A DNA stretch of 64,000 nt. Origin: Nitrospira sp. (lineage in GTDB: Bacteria; Nitrospirota; Nitrospiria; Nitrospirales; Nitrospiraceae). Location: NCBI GenBank assembly GCA_035761895.1, contig DASTQE010000298.1, positions 1,110 to 65,109 of the forward strand, read 5' to 3'. The notes below the pieces were generated by a model. It made no database searches and was not told where the DNA came from. It saw only the letters and a list, made by a program, of their open reading frames with translations. A program made the position numbers and the translations under genes. Within the stretch, counting starts at the first letter, position 1; each line of letters begins with the position of its first letter. Below are positions 1 to 8,470 of this stretch, piece after piece.

Positions 1-204
1 GACAACCTTGGAGTGAAATACGACGCGCGCGGCAGCGTGGCGGTCGATGAAAACTTCATGACCAACCTCGATGGCGTCTTTGCCGGCGGCGACACGAAAC
101 GCGGCGCCTCCCTCATCGTGTGGGCGATCGCCGAAGGCCGGAAGATGGCCGCGGGGATCGACAAGTATCTGCACGCCGGAAAGTCCGCCAAGCAGTCAGC
201 CTAG
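1..204 (+). CDS. gltD: Glutamate synthase small subunit, C-terminal fragment (runs off window start)
   Basis: Frame open from base 1; T(N)LDGVFAGGDTKRGASLIVWAIAEGRKMAAGIDKYL is the typical GltD C-terminus. Confidence 0.88.
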   Translation, partial: DNLGVKYDARGSVAVDENFMTNLDGVFAGGDTKRGASLIVWAIAEGRKMAAGIDKYLHAGKSAKQSA

Positions 205-658
205 GGACTGGCTCCGGCCTTGCCGATGCCTGTCCCCGTTCCTCTTTCGCCGGCGCCTGTCCCTGCTCCTACGACGTCCTCTCACCCGACACGTTGGAAC
301 GTTCTATTCAAAAAGTAGATTGACATGATTCTTGGAAGAAGTCGGTCATTGTGAAGGCTGAGCATCGCGGTTGAGTCTGTTAGGACGTCGTAAAGTCGTC
401 AACATGAAAAAAGAGGGCACCACTGGCAGAAGCTGAATCGCCAAATGACCGATCGCTCACGCCACAGGAGAGAAGAGGTGTAGATTTTCTCGCCACGGCG
501 GCCGCGTCGGTTCTTGCCAAAGAATAGTTCCATCTCGCAAACTTCCTCAGAATTCTGTAGAAAAGATCGCGGTTGCGCTCCCGCGCTCAGCCTGTTCCTG
601 TACTTTTCCGTGGCACATCGGTATGGTGTGCCCACCGTTCACGGAGGTAGGTTGCCTA

Positions 659-1096
659 ATGGCGGATCACGCCTATCCGCGCAGCCCCAAAGCCCTCCTC
701 GGTGGCATTGCCCACCTCGGCCGATTCATCGACAAGATTCAAATGCGGAACGCGGGACTGATTCAGGACTACAACTACATCACTGTGGGATTCGACAAGC
801 ATCTGATCGATTTTCTCAACATCGATCCGAAGGCGTTCGAAGCACGGGTGTTGGCCGGCGGGTCCGACGAGGATTTCCTCGCCTGGGTCCAGACGCACGG
901 CGAGCCAAGGACACCGGAAGAGATGGCACAATGGAACCACATGCTACTGTCCTCCCGTCCGAAGGATGACGCCGCTCGTCATCGGTTTCAGGGCCGGCTG
1001 CAAGAAATAGCCGCCAAACGCGGGGTACCGGTCAGTTCGTTGCCGGCCGTTTCGACGTGGGCGGACGTGATCGAATTGGATGAAAATCGCCTGTAA
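659..1096 (+). CDS. DUF5069 domain protein
   Basis: GGAGG upstream of ATG 659; PRSPKALLGGIAHLGRFIDKI...Y...GFDKHLIDFLNID pattern and terminal IELDENR resemble DUF5069. Confidence 0.75.
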   Translation: MADHAYPRSPKALLGGIAHLGRFIDKIQMRNAGLIQDYNYITVGFDKHLIDFLNIDPKAFEARVLAGGSDEDFLAWVQTHGEPRTPEEMAQWNHMLLSSRPKDDAARHRFQGRLQEIAAKRGVPVSSLPAVSTWADVIELDENRL

Positions 1097-1122
1097 GGTT
1101 CTGTTGAAGGAGGGAAGTCCGC

Positions 1123-1428
1123 ATGCATATGCTCATGGTCGTCTTCCGAGAGTCACTCAAAGAACGGGTGCACGAATTACTCCATCGATGCGATGTGAAA
1201 GCGTTCACTGAAGTCAACGAGACGGTCGGCTACGGCCAGACGGGTCCAGCCGAAGGGCTGGCGTTTTACCCTGGGACCAATTCCGTCATCTTGGTCGCTC
1301 TGGATCCGGATCACGTGGCACGGGTCACCAGGGCGGTCAGACTGTGGTATGGAGAGGCTGCCAAGCACCCCGGCTGGGAAAAACCCGCTCTCCGTGTGTT
1401 CTCATGGCCCACCGAACAAGTTGTGTAG
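1123..1428 (+). CDS. P-II-fold small protein (PG0541-like family)
   Basis: 101 aa; AAGGAGG RBS; aligns by eye with GlnB-like beta-alpha-beta-beta-alpha-beta pattern (AFTEVNETVGYGQTG; final RVFSWPTEQVV strand). Confidence 0.6.
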   Translation: MHMLMVVFRESLKERVHELLHRCDVKAFTEVNETVGYGQTGPAEGLAFYPGTNSVILVALDPDHVARVTRAVRLWYGEAAKHPGWEKPALRVFSWPTEQVV

Positions 1429-1515
1429 AGAGTGCGGTTTGGATTCCTGCACATCTACGTCAGAGGATTTCGTACAAGTTTCTTGTCTAAGGACATGAGA
1501 TTCAGCGGAATTCGT

Positions 1516-1543
1516 TTGCCTCGGGCTTCTCTCACACTATACT
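1516..1543 (+). promoter_or_regulatory. Putative sigma70 promoter of REC-GGDEF-EAL gene
   Basis: TTGCCT-N16-TATACT, 34 nt before ATG 1578. Confidence 0.5.
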
Positions 1544-1577
1544 GCAAACAGACAACGGGTAAGGGGGCAGAGACGGC

Positions 1578-3293
1578 ATGTCCACGAGCCTCAACTTCCT
1601 ACTGCTGGAAGATTCCGCGGCCGATGCGGAGTTGATGATCGAAGCGCTTCGTGAGTCGGGGTTTGACCCCAACTGCCGCCGTGTCGACACGAAAGACGAC
1701 TATCTTCGAGAACTCGACCAGCCTCCTGATTTCATTCTGTCCGATTATTCCATGCCGCAGTTTACGGCCCCGGATGCGCTCCGGCTGATGAAAGAGCGGG
1801 GATTGGATTTGCCGTTCATTATCGTCTCAGGATGCATCGGCGAAGATATGGCGGTGGAATGCATGAAAGCGGGTGCCGCCGACTATCTCTTGAAGGACCG
1901 GCTGGGGCGGCTTGGTCACGCCGTCACTCAGGCACTCGAACGCAAACGGCTGATCGAGGAGAAACGCCAGGCTGAGCAGCGCTTGTTTCTGGAGACGTTC
2001 CACGATTCGTTGACGGGTCTGCCGAATCGCGCCTTGTTCATGGACCGGTTGGAGCGTGTCTTCCTGCAAACCCGCCGCCAACCCGGTCATATGTTTGCCC
2101 TGCTGCACGTGAACTTGGACGGCTTGAACATGGTGCATAGCGGGCTTGGCCCGTCCCCCGCCGATCGCCTGCTGATTGAGGTGAGTCAGCGCATCCTGCG
2201 TCGAGTCCGTTCCGCCGATACCGTGGCGAGAATGGAAGGAGATGCCTTCACGCTGCTCGTCGATAATCTCAAGGCGGTGGGCAATGCCACACGGGTCGCT
2301 GAGCGCCTCCAACAGGAGTTTGCGACGCCCTTCGTCCTGGAGCAGGGGGAGGTCTTCCTGACACCTTGCATCGGTATCGCGTGCAGTCATGCTGGATATG
2401 AAAGCGGAGAGCATTTGTTGCGGGATGCCACCACGGCCATGCTGCAAGCCAAGGCGGCAGGCCGCGCCGGCTTCGTGATCTTCGACAAGGCCATGCATCA
2501 GCAGGCAATGGCTCGTCTGAAGCTCGAAGGAGATCTTCGGCAGGCGCTGGACCGCAAGGAATTTCGACTCGTCTACCAACCCATTGTGGACTTGGCGGAG
2601 GGACGCGTGGCGGGGTTCGAATCCTTGCTACGATGGCAACATCCGGAGCATGGATTGACGAGACCGGATGTCTTCTTGGATATCGCCACGGAACTCGGAC
2701 TGATGAAGGGCATCGGGGAATGGAGTCTCGGTGAGGCCTGCCGTCAGCTCACGGTCTGGCAGGAGCAGTTCCCCCGGATCGGGCCGCTGACCGTCAGCGT
2801 CAATTTTTCCATTCAGCACTTTGCCGAAGACCATTTGACGAAACTGATCAAAAAGGTCAGGGAACGGACTGGGATTAAGGCTTCCAGCCTCAAACTTGAA
2901 ATTACCGAATCGGAGATGATGAAGAATCCGGAAGTCGTCAGGAAGGCGCTCGCCGAGATCAAAGCGCAACAGATCGACACGTGTTTGGACGATTTCGGGA
3001 CGGGCTATTCTTCCTTGAGCCATCTGCAGCAGCTGGCCATTCGGTTTCTGAAAATCGACCAGTCGTTTGTGCGCCGTTTAGGGACAGACGACGACGCCCT
3101 CGCGATCGTGAAAACCATCATTGCGCTGGCCCATCAACTCGGACGACAGGTCATTGCCGAAGGCGTCGAGACCGCTGAGCACCTCGTCATTTTGCGGTCG
3201 CTGGGCTGCGAATATGCTCAAGGGTATTTCTTCGCCAAACCGCTTGACCCGGAAGAGGTCGAGGCACTGCTGGCCTCGGCCCGGCGGTGGTAG
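1578..3293 (+). CDS. REC-GGDEF(degenerate)-EAL c-di-GMP signalling protein, likely phosphodiesterase
   Basis: Receiver (LLLEDS...ILSDYSMP...YLLKD), HDSLTGLPNR, GGDEF site reads EGDAF, GFESLLRW, DDFGTGYSSLSHL, VIAEGVET, QGYFFAKP. Confidence 0.92.
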   Translation: MSTSLNFLLLEDSAADAELMIEALRESGFDPNCRRVDTKDDYLRELDQPPDFILSDYSMPQFTAPDALRLMKERGLDLPFIIVSGCIGEDMAVECMKAGAADYLLKDRLGRLGHAVTQALERKRLIEEKRQAEQRLFLETFHDSLTGLPNRALFMDRLERVFLQTRRQPGHMFALLHVNLDGLNMVHSGLGPSPADRLLIEVSQRILRRVRSADTVARMEGDAFTLLVDNLKAVGNATRVAERLQQEFATPFVLEQGEVFLTPCIGIACSHAGYESGEHLLRDATTAMLQAKAAGRAGFVIFDKAMHQQAMARLKLEGDLRQALDRKEFRLVYQPIVDLAEGRVAGFESLLRWQHPEHGLTRPDVFLDIATELGLMKGIGEWSLGEACRQLTVWQEQFPRIGPLTVSVNFSIQHFAEDHLTKLIKKVRERTGIKASSLKLEITESEMMKNPEVVRKALAEIKAQQIDTCLDDFGTGYSSLSHLQQLAIRFLKIDQSFVRRLGTDDDALAIVKTIIALAHQLGRQVIAEGVETAEHLVILRSLGCEYAQGYFFAKPLDPEEVEALLASARRW

Positions 3294-3356
3294 CTCGTCG
3301 TCATCGCCTCTCACCGCGTCCCTCCTGTTAAGATGGTCTCTCGTAAGGATTGAGCT

Positions 3357-4094
3357 GTGACGTCTATTCAGCGCTTCACCGCGAAGGTCATCGGTGTGCG
3401 GCAACTCACGCACGATGTCCGACAGATCGACCTCGGACTGATCGAGCCGCCTGAAATCCGGTTCAAGGCCGGCCAATTCGTCTCGTTCGAGGTTCCGGAT
3501 GCCAGAACGGGGCGGACGGTCACCAGACCCTATTCGATTGCGTCCTCGCCGAGCTCTTTGCACATGGTTTCACTGCTGCTCAACCTGGTGCCGCATGGGC
3601 CGGGATCCACCTATCTCTTTGGTTTGCGTGAAGGGGACGAGACCCGTTTTTCGGGGCCGGCGGGGAATTTTTACCTGCGGGAGGATCCTGGACGGGATTT
3701 GTTGCTTGTCGCCACTGGCACCGGCATTGCGCCGCTACGATCGATGTTATTGGCCAATGCGGATCGTCCTCAGCCGAGTCGCACGACGTTGTTTTGGGGG
3801 CTACGAAGCCAACGCGATCTGTATTATGGTGACGAGCTGGCGCGCATGAGCCGTGAAATGACGGGAAGCTCGCACGTCATCACGCTTTCACGGCCCGAGC
3901 CTGGATGGCAGGGACCCTCGGGAAGAGTGACGACGCTGATCGAACGAGAGGTTCACGATGTCAAGCGGTTCGCGGTCTATCTCTGCGGCAATAGCGGCAT
4001 GATTACGGACGTCACTCGCATTATTCAAGCAAAGGGACTTTGTCCGATCTTCCGGGAAAAATACTATGATGATGCGTCCGGTGGTGATGACTAA
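3357..4094 (+). CDS. FNR-family FAD/NAD(P)-binding oxidoreductase without a ferredoxin domain
   Basis: RPYSIAS (FAD), LVATGTGIAPLRSML (NAD), LFWGLR, VYLCG motifs. Confidence 0.88.
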   Translation: MTSIQRFTAKVIGVRQLTHDVRQIDLGLIEPPEIRFKAGQFVSFEVPDARTGRTVTRPYSIASSPSSLHMVSLLLNLVPHGPGSTYLFGLREGDETRFSGPAGNFYLREDPGRDLLLVATGTGIAPLRSMLLANADRPQPSRTTLFWGLRSQRDLYYGDELARMSREMTGSSHVITLSRPEPGWQGPSGRVTTLIEREVHDVKRFAVYLCGNSGMITDVTRIIQAKGLCPIFREKYYDDASGGDD

Positions 4095-4244
4095 TGGCGG
4101 CATTCGAGTGGAGGTGACTGAGGCGAAAATTGGGATACGTGTGTAGTATTCCCGCTTCACAAGTGATACGCCACCGGAACGTCCTTGAATTCCCAGAAAG
4201 CGTGAACTGCACTTGAAATCAGGGATTGGTCATTGCGGTGGAAC

Positions 4245-4260
4245 TGGCACCGGGTTTGCT
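4245..4260 (+). promoter_or_regulatory. Sigma54 (-24/-12) promoter
   Basis: TGGCAC-CGGGT-TTGCT, exact consensus, in an intergenic region about 65 nt upstream of ATG 4326. Confidence 0.75.
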
Positions 4261-4325
4261 CTAAAGTGTGGCGCCCATTACGGGGAATTGGTCCCTGGCA
4301 CTGGGAATTTCACGAGGAGGATAGG

Positions 4326-4652
4326 ATGATGAAGACGATGTCCGCTTTGACCGCTGCTGTAGTCTTTGCCGCATGTGCCACGGCATTCGCCCAGGCCCCT
4401 GCTCCAGAACCGGTTCCTGCGCCAATACCCGCTCCCAATCAAGACATGATGACTGCCCCGCCCACTGAGGCTGCACCGCCGAATATCGGAGAAGAGAAGA
4501 AGGCCGACAAGCCGATGAAACGCGGGAAGGGCAAAGGAAAAGCCAAAGGCCACGCGAAGAAGGCAAACAAGAAGCATGGACTGGATCGCGCGGATGAGGC
4601 GGCCGGACAGCATGGCAAGCAGGGCCGGGAGAGGGCTCGCGCGAATCAATAG
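4326..4652 (+). CDS. Small secreted low-complexity protein (Pro/Ala-rich then Lys/His/Gly-rich)
   Basis: GAGGAGG RBS; signal peptide MMKTMSALTAAVVFAACATAFA; tail KKHGLDRADEAAGQHGKQGRERARANQ. Confidence 0.75.
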   Translation: MMKTMSALTAAVVFAACATAFAQAPAPEPVPAPIPAPNQDMMTAPPTEAAPPNIGEEKKADKPMKRGKGKGKAKGHAKKANKKHGLDRADEAAGQHGKQGRERARANQ

Positions 4653-4676
4653 ATCGGGAGGAGTGTCGGGAACAAG

Positions 4677-4699
4677 ACAGGCGGCCAATGGCCGCCTGT
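4677..4699. terminator. Hairpin between convergent genes, probable terminator
   Basis: ACAGGCGGCC-AAT-GGCCGCCTGT, perfect 10-bp stem. Confidence 0.6.
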
Positions 4700-4712
4700 T
4701 TCCCGGAGCTGA

Positions 4713-5090
4713 TCAGGCAGCCGCTTTGGTGACGAGTTTCTTCACTTCCACGTGCGCAAAAATGACGTCGGGTTCCCGTTGTAGCGCCTCGTAATAGCTG
4801 CGTTCGAATCCGTCGCCCTCTTCCGAGGGCCTGATAAGGGCGCGCACATCGGCCAGGAAATGTTCTACTTCGACTGTGGTCAGTTCCTCGCCCTCGTCCA
4901 ACAATTCATCCACGCGAATGACCAGTTGCGACAAGGGATGCAGCCAGGTAAACCACGGGTCGTTCAGCACCAACTGCAGTAATTGTCCGGTTGACCCCAC
5001 ACGACCGTTGATTCGTTCGTAGGTCAGCTGCTCCGCGACGATGAGCGCTTTGTGCAACCCCAGCAGGCCGCGGCGCACCTCCGTCAGCAT
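4713..5090 (-). CDS. Conserved hypothetical helical protein (paralog A); start could extend to 5141
   Basis: LHKALIVAEQLTYER...DPWFTWLHP...GFERSYYEAL; clearly homologous to 5594-6025. Confidence 0.8.
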   Translation of the reverse strand: MLTEVRRGLLGLHKALIVAEQLTYERINGRVGSTGQLLQLVLNDPWFTWLHPLSQLVIRVDELLDEGEELTTVEVEHFLADVRALIRPSEEGDGFERSYYEALQREPDVIFAHVEVKKLVTKAAA

Positions 5091-5210
5091 GCGTCTCCAG
5101 CCTTCCCGGGTTTCTATTGATGATCCTGCCGATCGCATCATGAGTTCATTGTACCAGCTCGAAGCAAAAATGTGATCTCTTTCAATGAAAACTCGTTCGA
5201 CACCATGACG

Positions 5211-5546
5211 TCAGCGGCCCCCATGTCCGCCGCCGGAATATGGAGCGGGAGCTGATGGAGACGGCATGAGCGGACGATTGGGATGGAAAGGCAGCACGGG
5301 GGCCGGCGTGAGTTGATTCGGCGGCGATGGCGCGCCGAATGGCGTCGTTGTTCGTGGAGGCAGGGGGCCTTGAGGAGCCGCAGGAGCTGGAACTCGAGCA
5401 TCGTCCTCCGGGCGAATCCCCCCTGGAGCGGTGAGGCTCTGTGTACCGTCAAACGGCTCGACCCGGGTCGCGCTGTCGGCCTGCGAGAGACCGGCGGCCA
5501 GCAGCACCACGACACCGATGATTCCTGCGGGTTCGCGCGCGCCCAT
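5211..5546 (-). CDS. Hypothetical secreted Pro-rich protein
   Basis: Hydrophobic N-terminus (IIGVVVLLAAGLSQA), AAGGAAG upstream, Pro-rich disordered body. Confidence 0.55.
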   Translation of the reverse strand: MGAREPAGIIGVVVLLAAGLSQADSATRVEPFDGTQSLTAPGGIRPEDDARVPAPAAPQGPLPPRTTTPFGAPSPPNQLTPAPVLPFHPNRPLMPSPSAPAPYSGGGHGGR

Positions 5547-5593
5547 GGCAGCTTCCTTGCGGGGTTGCCCTTATTGTAACAAAGTCAGCGCCG

Positions 5594-6025
5594 CTACTCA
5601 GCCTTGGACAGAAGTTTTCTCACGCGGAAGTGTGCGAGCACGACGTCGGGAGCCCGATCCATCGCTTCATAATACGCGCGTTCGAACCCTTCCCCTTCCA
5701 CCGACGGATGCAGCAAGGCATCAACCTCCCGCAGGAGATGGTCGACGTTCTCATCCGTGATGTCGCAGGTGTCGTCCTCGAGCAGGTGATCCATGCGGAC
5801 GAGGAGATCGGCGATCGGATGGAGCCAGGTGAACCACGGATCCTTCTGCAGGAGATCGATCAGGACGTCTACCGACGGAACCGGCCCGCTCAAGCGTTCA
5901 TAGGTCTGTTGCTCGGCAATGATGAGGGCACCGTGCAGCTGGACGAGATGTTCCCGCATGGAGCGCACGATGCGTCTCCGGGGATCCACCGGAATGAGCG
6001 CGGTCGAGTTCGCGGACGCTCTCAT
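5594..6025 (-). CDS. Conserved hypothetical helical protein (paralog B)
   Basis: LHGALIIAEQQTYER...DPWFTWLHP...GFERAYYEAM; ATG 6025 lies 7 nt from an extended -10 box. Confidence 0.8.
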   Translation of the reverse strand: MRASANSTALIPVDPRRRIVRSMREHLVQLHGALIIAEQQTYERLSGPVPSVDVLIDLLQKDPWFTWLHPIADLLVRMDHLLEDDTCDITDENVDHLLREVDALLHPSVEGEGFERAYYEAMDRAPDVVLAHFRVRKLLSKAE

Positions 6026-6032
6026 ACCTTCA

Positions 6033-6041
6033 AGTGTAGCA
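6033..6041 (-). promoter_or_regulatory. Extended -10 promoter, possibly leaderless transcript of paralog B
   Basis: Minus strand TG-C-TACACT followed by 7 nt then ATG (6025). Confidence 0.45.
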
Positions 6042-6160
6042 GGCTTGTGCGAATCGGCCAGCGGGGCAGGCAGTTCCACGGAGTGTGTCATGAAAGCCCG
6101 AGGATGAATTTACGGCGTATCCGCGGTATTCTTGGGACTACCATCGACGAGGGCTGTCAC

Positions 6161-6490
6161 ATGGAGCGACGGAAACACCGGCGCGTGCCTCTCCAGCTTC
6201 AGGGTTTGTTGTTGGGTAACTCGCATGAGATCGAAGGACATACACTCGATCTCTCCTTGGGCGGAGCAAGGTTCGAGAGCGATCTGGACGTGTTTCCCGG
6301 CAAGACGATCATGGTGCGTCTGGTGGTTCCGGGGGCCGAGTCGCCGTTGTCCATCCAGGATGCAAGGGTACGATGGGTGGATCAGCAAACGTTTGGCGTC
6401 GAATTCCAGAACGTTCGGCCGGATGACCTTGATGAGTTGGAAGAGCTGATCAACGAGTTTGATGAGGCGGAGCAGGGCGGCCATGCCTGA
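6161..6490 (+). CDS. PilZ domain c-di-GMP receptor protein
   Basis: ERRKHRRVP (RxxxR) and DLSLGG (DxSxGG) motifs; GVEF near the C-terminus. Confidence 0.88.
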   Translation: MERRKHRRVPLQLQGLLLGNSHEIEGHTLDLSLGGARFESDLDVFPGKTIMVRLVVPGAESPLSIQDARVRWVDQQTFGVEFQNVRPDDLDELEELINEFDEAEQGGHA

Positions 6491-6520
6491 GGCGCACGAT
6501 CTCCCAGCCCGCCCGCACGC

Positions 6521-6685
6521 TCAATTCTCGTAGTAGACGACGATGGTCGCCTTGCTGCACTTGCAGCAGGTGCCTTGACCCGTCATGGGTGTTTGTCCCG
6601 AGGCTTCCGCTGCTTTGACCTGCGCGTCCTCGACGCGTCCCACCTTGTTATAGCAGTCGCTGCAATAGGTCGCTGTCTTGCCCAT
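6521..6685 (-). CDS. 54-aa Cys-rich microprotein, putative metal-binding (not in ORF track)
   Basis: Manual translation: MGKTATYCSDCYNKVGRVEDAQVKAAEASGQTPMTGQGTCCKCSKATIVVYYEN*; strong SD TAAGGAGGAG just upstream of the ATG. Confidence 0.8.
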   Translation of the reverse strand: MGKTATYCSDCYNKVGRVEDAQVKAAEASGQTPMTGQGTCCKCSKATIVVYYEN

Positions 6686-6790
6686 ATCTCCTCCTTAGGT
6701 AAAGGCCGACGCACGACGTCCAATAACGTCATGATCCAAGTATAGCGCGATTACGCAAAATTGCTTGATGCGGGCTGGAGGTCGGGGAGG

Positions 6791-7480
6791 CTAGAGGCCC
6801 GCCTGGCTGCCGAAGGCGGCAAACAGCTGGCCGGTCAGGTACGCAGTATTAGCTGGATCGTCGAAATCTTTCCGCCGGATATAGTCATTGAGGACGCGCC
6901 CTTCGGCTGTACGATGGACGTGCGGGAGCGCGAGGTTCATCCGGTACCGCTCGATGGCGCCGGCCACGCGGCTGATAAACACCACCGTCCCGTCCCGCTC
7001 CTGGCGTTCGACGATCCCGACATGGGTGAGAGGGTCGTTGATGAGTCCATCGCCGTTGTAATCCCAGGTATTGTCGAAAAAGACTAGATCCCCTGGGCGG
7101 ACAACCGGCCCCTGGTGAAATTTGCCATGCTGGCTGATGTGGTGGTGGATGAGCCTGACTCCGTTCGCTTTCGGATCTGGAGAACCGCTGGCATAGAGAT
7201 CGATGCCGTGTGCGAGAAAGATAGCGCGGGTGACGCCGGCGCAGTCATAGGCAATGCGTTTCCCATTGGCTTGGATGGTCGCGGCCCCGACCAGCTTGGA
7301 TGCGGTCCGCACGATCGCTGCTCGACGCGAGGAGGCCTGGACCGACTTGCAACAGGACAGTTCTGGAGCGGCGCGGTGTGGACGATCCCCTGTGGATGTG
7401 GCGCAGCCGACCAGCGTCGCGAGGGCGACAATAAATCCGATAAACACCATTCGGCCGAGGGAGGCGTAAGGGGCGTGCAT
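6791..7480 (-). CDS. NlpC/P60-family peptidoglycan hydrolase lipoprotein (start 7480 or 7450)
   Basis: Lipobox LVGC; YDCAG catalytic Cys; PGDLVFF; THVGIV catalytic His. Confidence 0.8.
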   Translation of the reverse strand: MHAPYASLGRMVFIGFIVALATLVGCATSTGDRPHRAAPELSCCKSVQASSRRAAIVRTASKLVGAATIQANGKRIAYDCAGVTRAIFLAHGIDLYASGSPDPKANGVRLIHHHISQHGKFHQGPVVRPGDLVFFDNTWDYNGDGLINDPLTHVGIVERQERDGTVVFISRVAGAIERYRMNLALPHVHRTAEGRVLNDYIRRKDFDDPANTAYLTGQLFAAFGSQAGL

Positions 7481-7561
7481 GTGCAATGTCCCACGCCAAC
7501 GTACCACGAGAGTGGCGACCATCCAAGCGATCCCGCACTTTGGAAATGTCATCGATGTCGG

Positions 7562-8470
7562 TCATGGTCGGCCTGTTCCTTCGGTGACGACCGACGATCG
7601 GGCGCAGCGGAAGCCGATCGTGGCGGACCGCTGGTCGGGACTGAAGCCGCTGCGGGTTGCGGTACGGAGCATGATGATCTTGCTCTTCCAGGAGCCCCCA
7701 CGCACGCCCTTGTACCGGCCGCTCGTCGGTCCAGGAGGATTTCTTCCTGGCATGTAGGCGTAGTAGTCGAGTCCAAACCAATCGTGCACCCATTCCGCCA
7801 CGTTGCCAGCCATGTGATGCAGGCCGTAGGGGCTCCGGCCAGGAAGATGGGAATCGACGGCAGCCAGAATCGGAATTTCATGGACATGATGCTGACCGAA
7901 CATGGCATGGTCACTGTCCGGAGCCGTGTCGCCCCACGGAAACAGCAGGCCGTCGGCCCCGCGAGCGGCTTTCTCCCATTCCGCCTCAGTGGGCAAGCGC
8001 TTTCCGTGTGACGCGCAGAATCCCACTGCCTCCTGCCACGTGACATACAGGACCGGCCAGCGCGTCAGCGTCTGATCGGACACCGAATGCACGGTGATCA
8101 CATGCCAGATCAGTTTCTGCAATTCCTCGGGAGGATGTTGCTTATGGCGGGCGAGATAGGCCAGGTACTCTCCCAGGCTGACTTCGTGCCGGTCCATCGC
8201 GAACTCGTCCAGCCAGACCCGCTGTTGCGGGAGCTCCGTGTCATCGAACTGGGTCCAGAGACCGTAGGGATCATCGTCGATCCGCTTGCTGCCAAGGGTG
8301 AACTCGCCGGCGGGAATCGTGACGGCTGGAGCCGCCTGCGCCAGGGCCGCGATGCGCGTGAGATGACGGGCCAGTTCGGGCGAAGGCGTGGGTGCGTTCG
8401 CCCCTTCCGTCCTGCTTGTCCCCAGGAACAGAAGGGCGAACAGCGCAAGCCCGACGATGACGCTGGACAT
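7562..8470 (-). CDS. Formylglycine-generating-enzyme (SUMF1/FGE-sulfatase) domain protein
   Basis: IPAGEFTLGS, RLPTEAEWEKAARG, PYGLHHMAGNVAEW, RGGSW, IGFRCA; N-terminal signal/TM; TGATG coupling to the upstream gene. Confidence 0.9.
   Translation of the reverse strand: MSSVIVGLALFALLFLGTSRTEGANAPTPSPELARHLTRIAALAQAAPAVTIPAGEFTLGSKRIDDDPYGLWTQFDDTELPQQRVWLDEFAMDRHEVSLGEYLAYLARHKQHPPEELQKLIWHVITVHSVSDQTLTRWPVLYVTWQEAVGFCASHGKRLPTEAEWEKAARGADGLLFPWGDTAPDSDHAMFGQHHVHEIPILAAVDSHLPGRSPYGLHHMAGNVAEWVHDWFGLDYYAYMPGRNPPGPTSGRYKGVRGGSWKSKIIMLRTATRSGFSPDQRSATIGFRCARSSVVTEGTGRP

Noticed and set aside
1-204. Short gltD and the partial PKD gene at 63158-64000 as pseudogenes
   Set aside because: Both frames are open to the window edge; the truncation is a windowing artefact.
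399-635. 78-aa minus-strand ORF in the gap after gltD
   Set aside because: No SD, no recognisable motif, atypical composition.
205-658. Riboswitch or sRNA in the 450-nt gap after gltD
   Set aside because: Only a small hairpin (about 612-632) and an unpaired TTGACA (320-325) were seen; I recognised no known aptamer.
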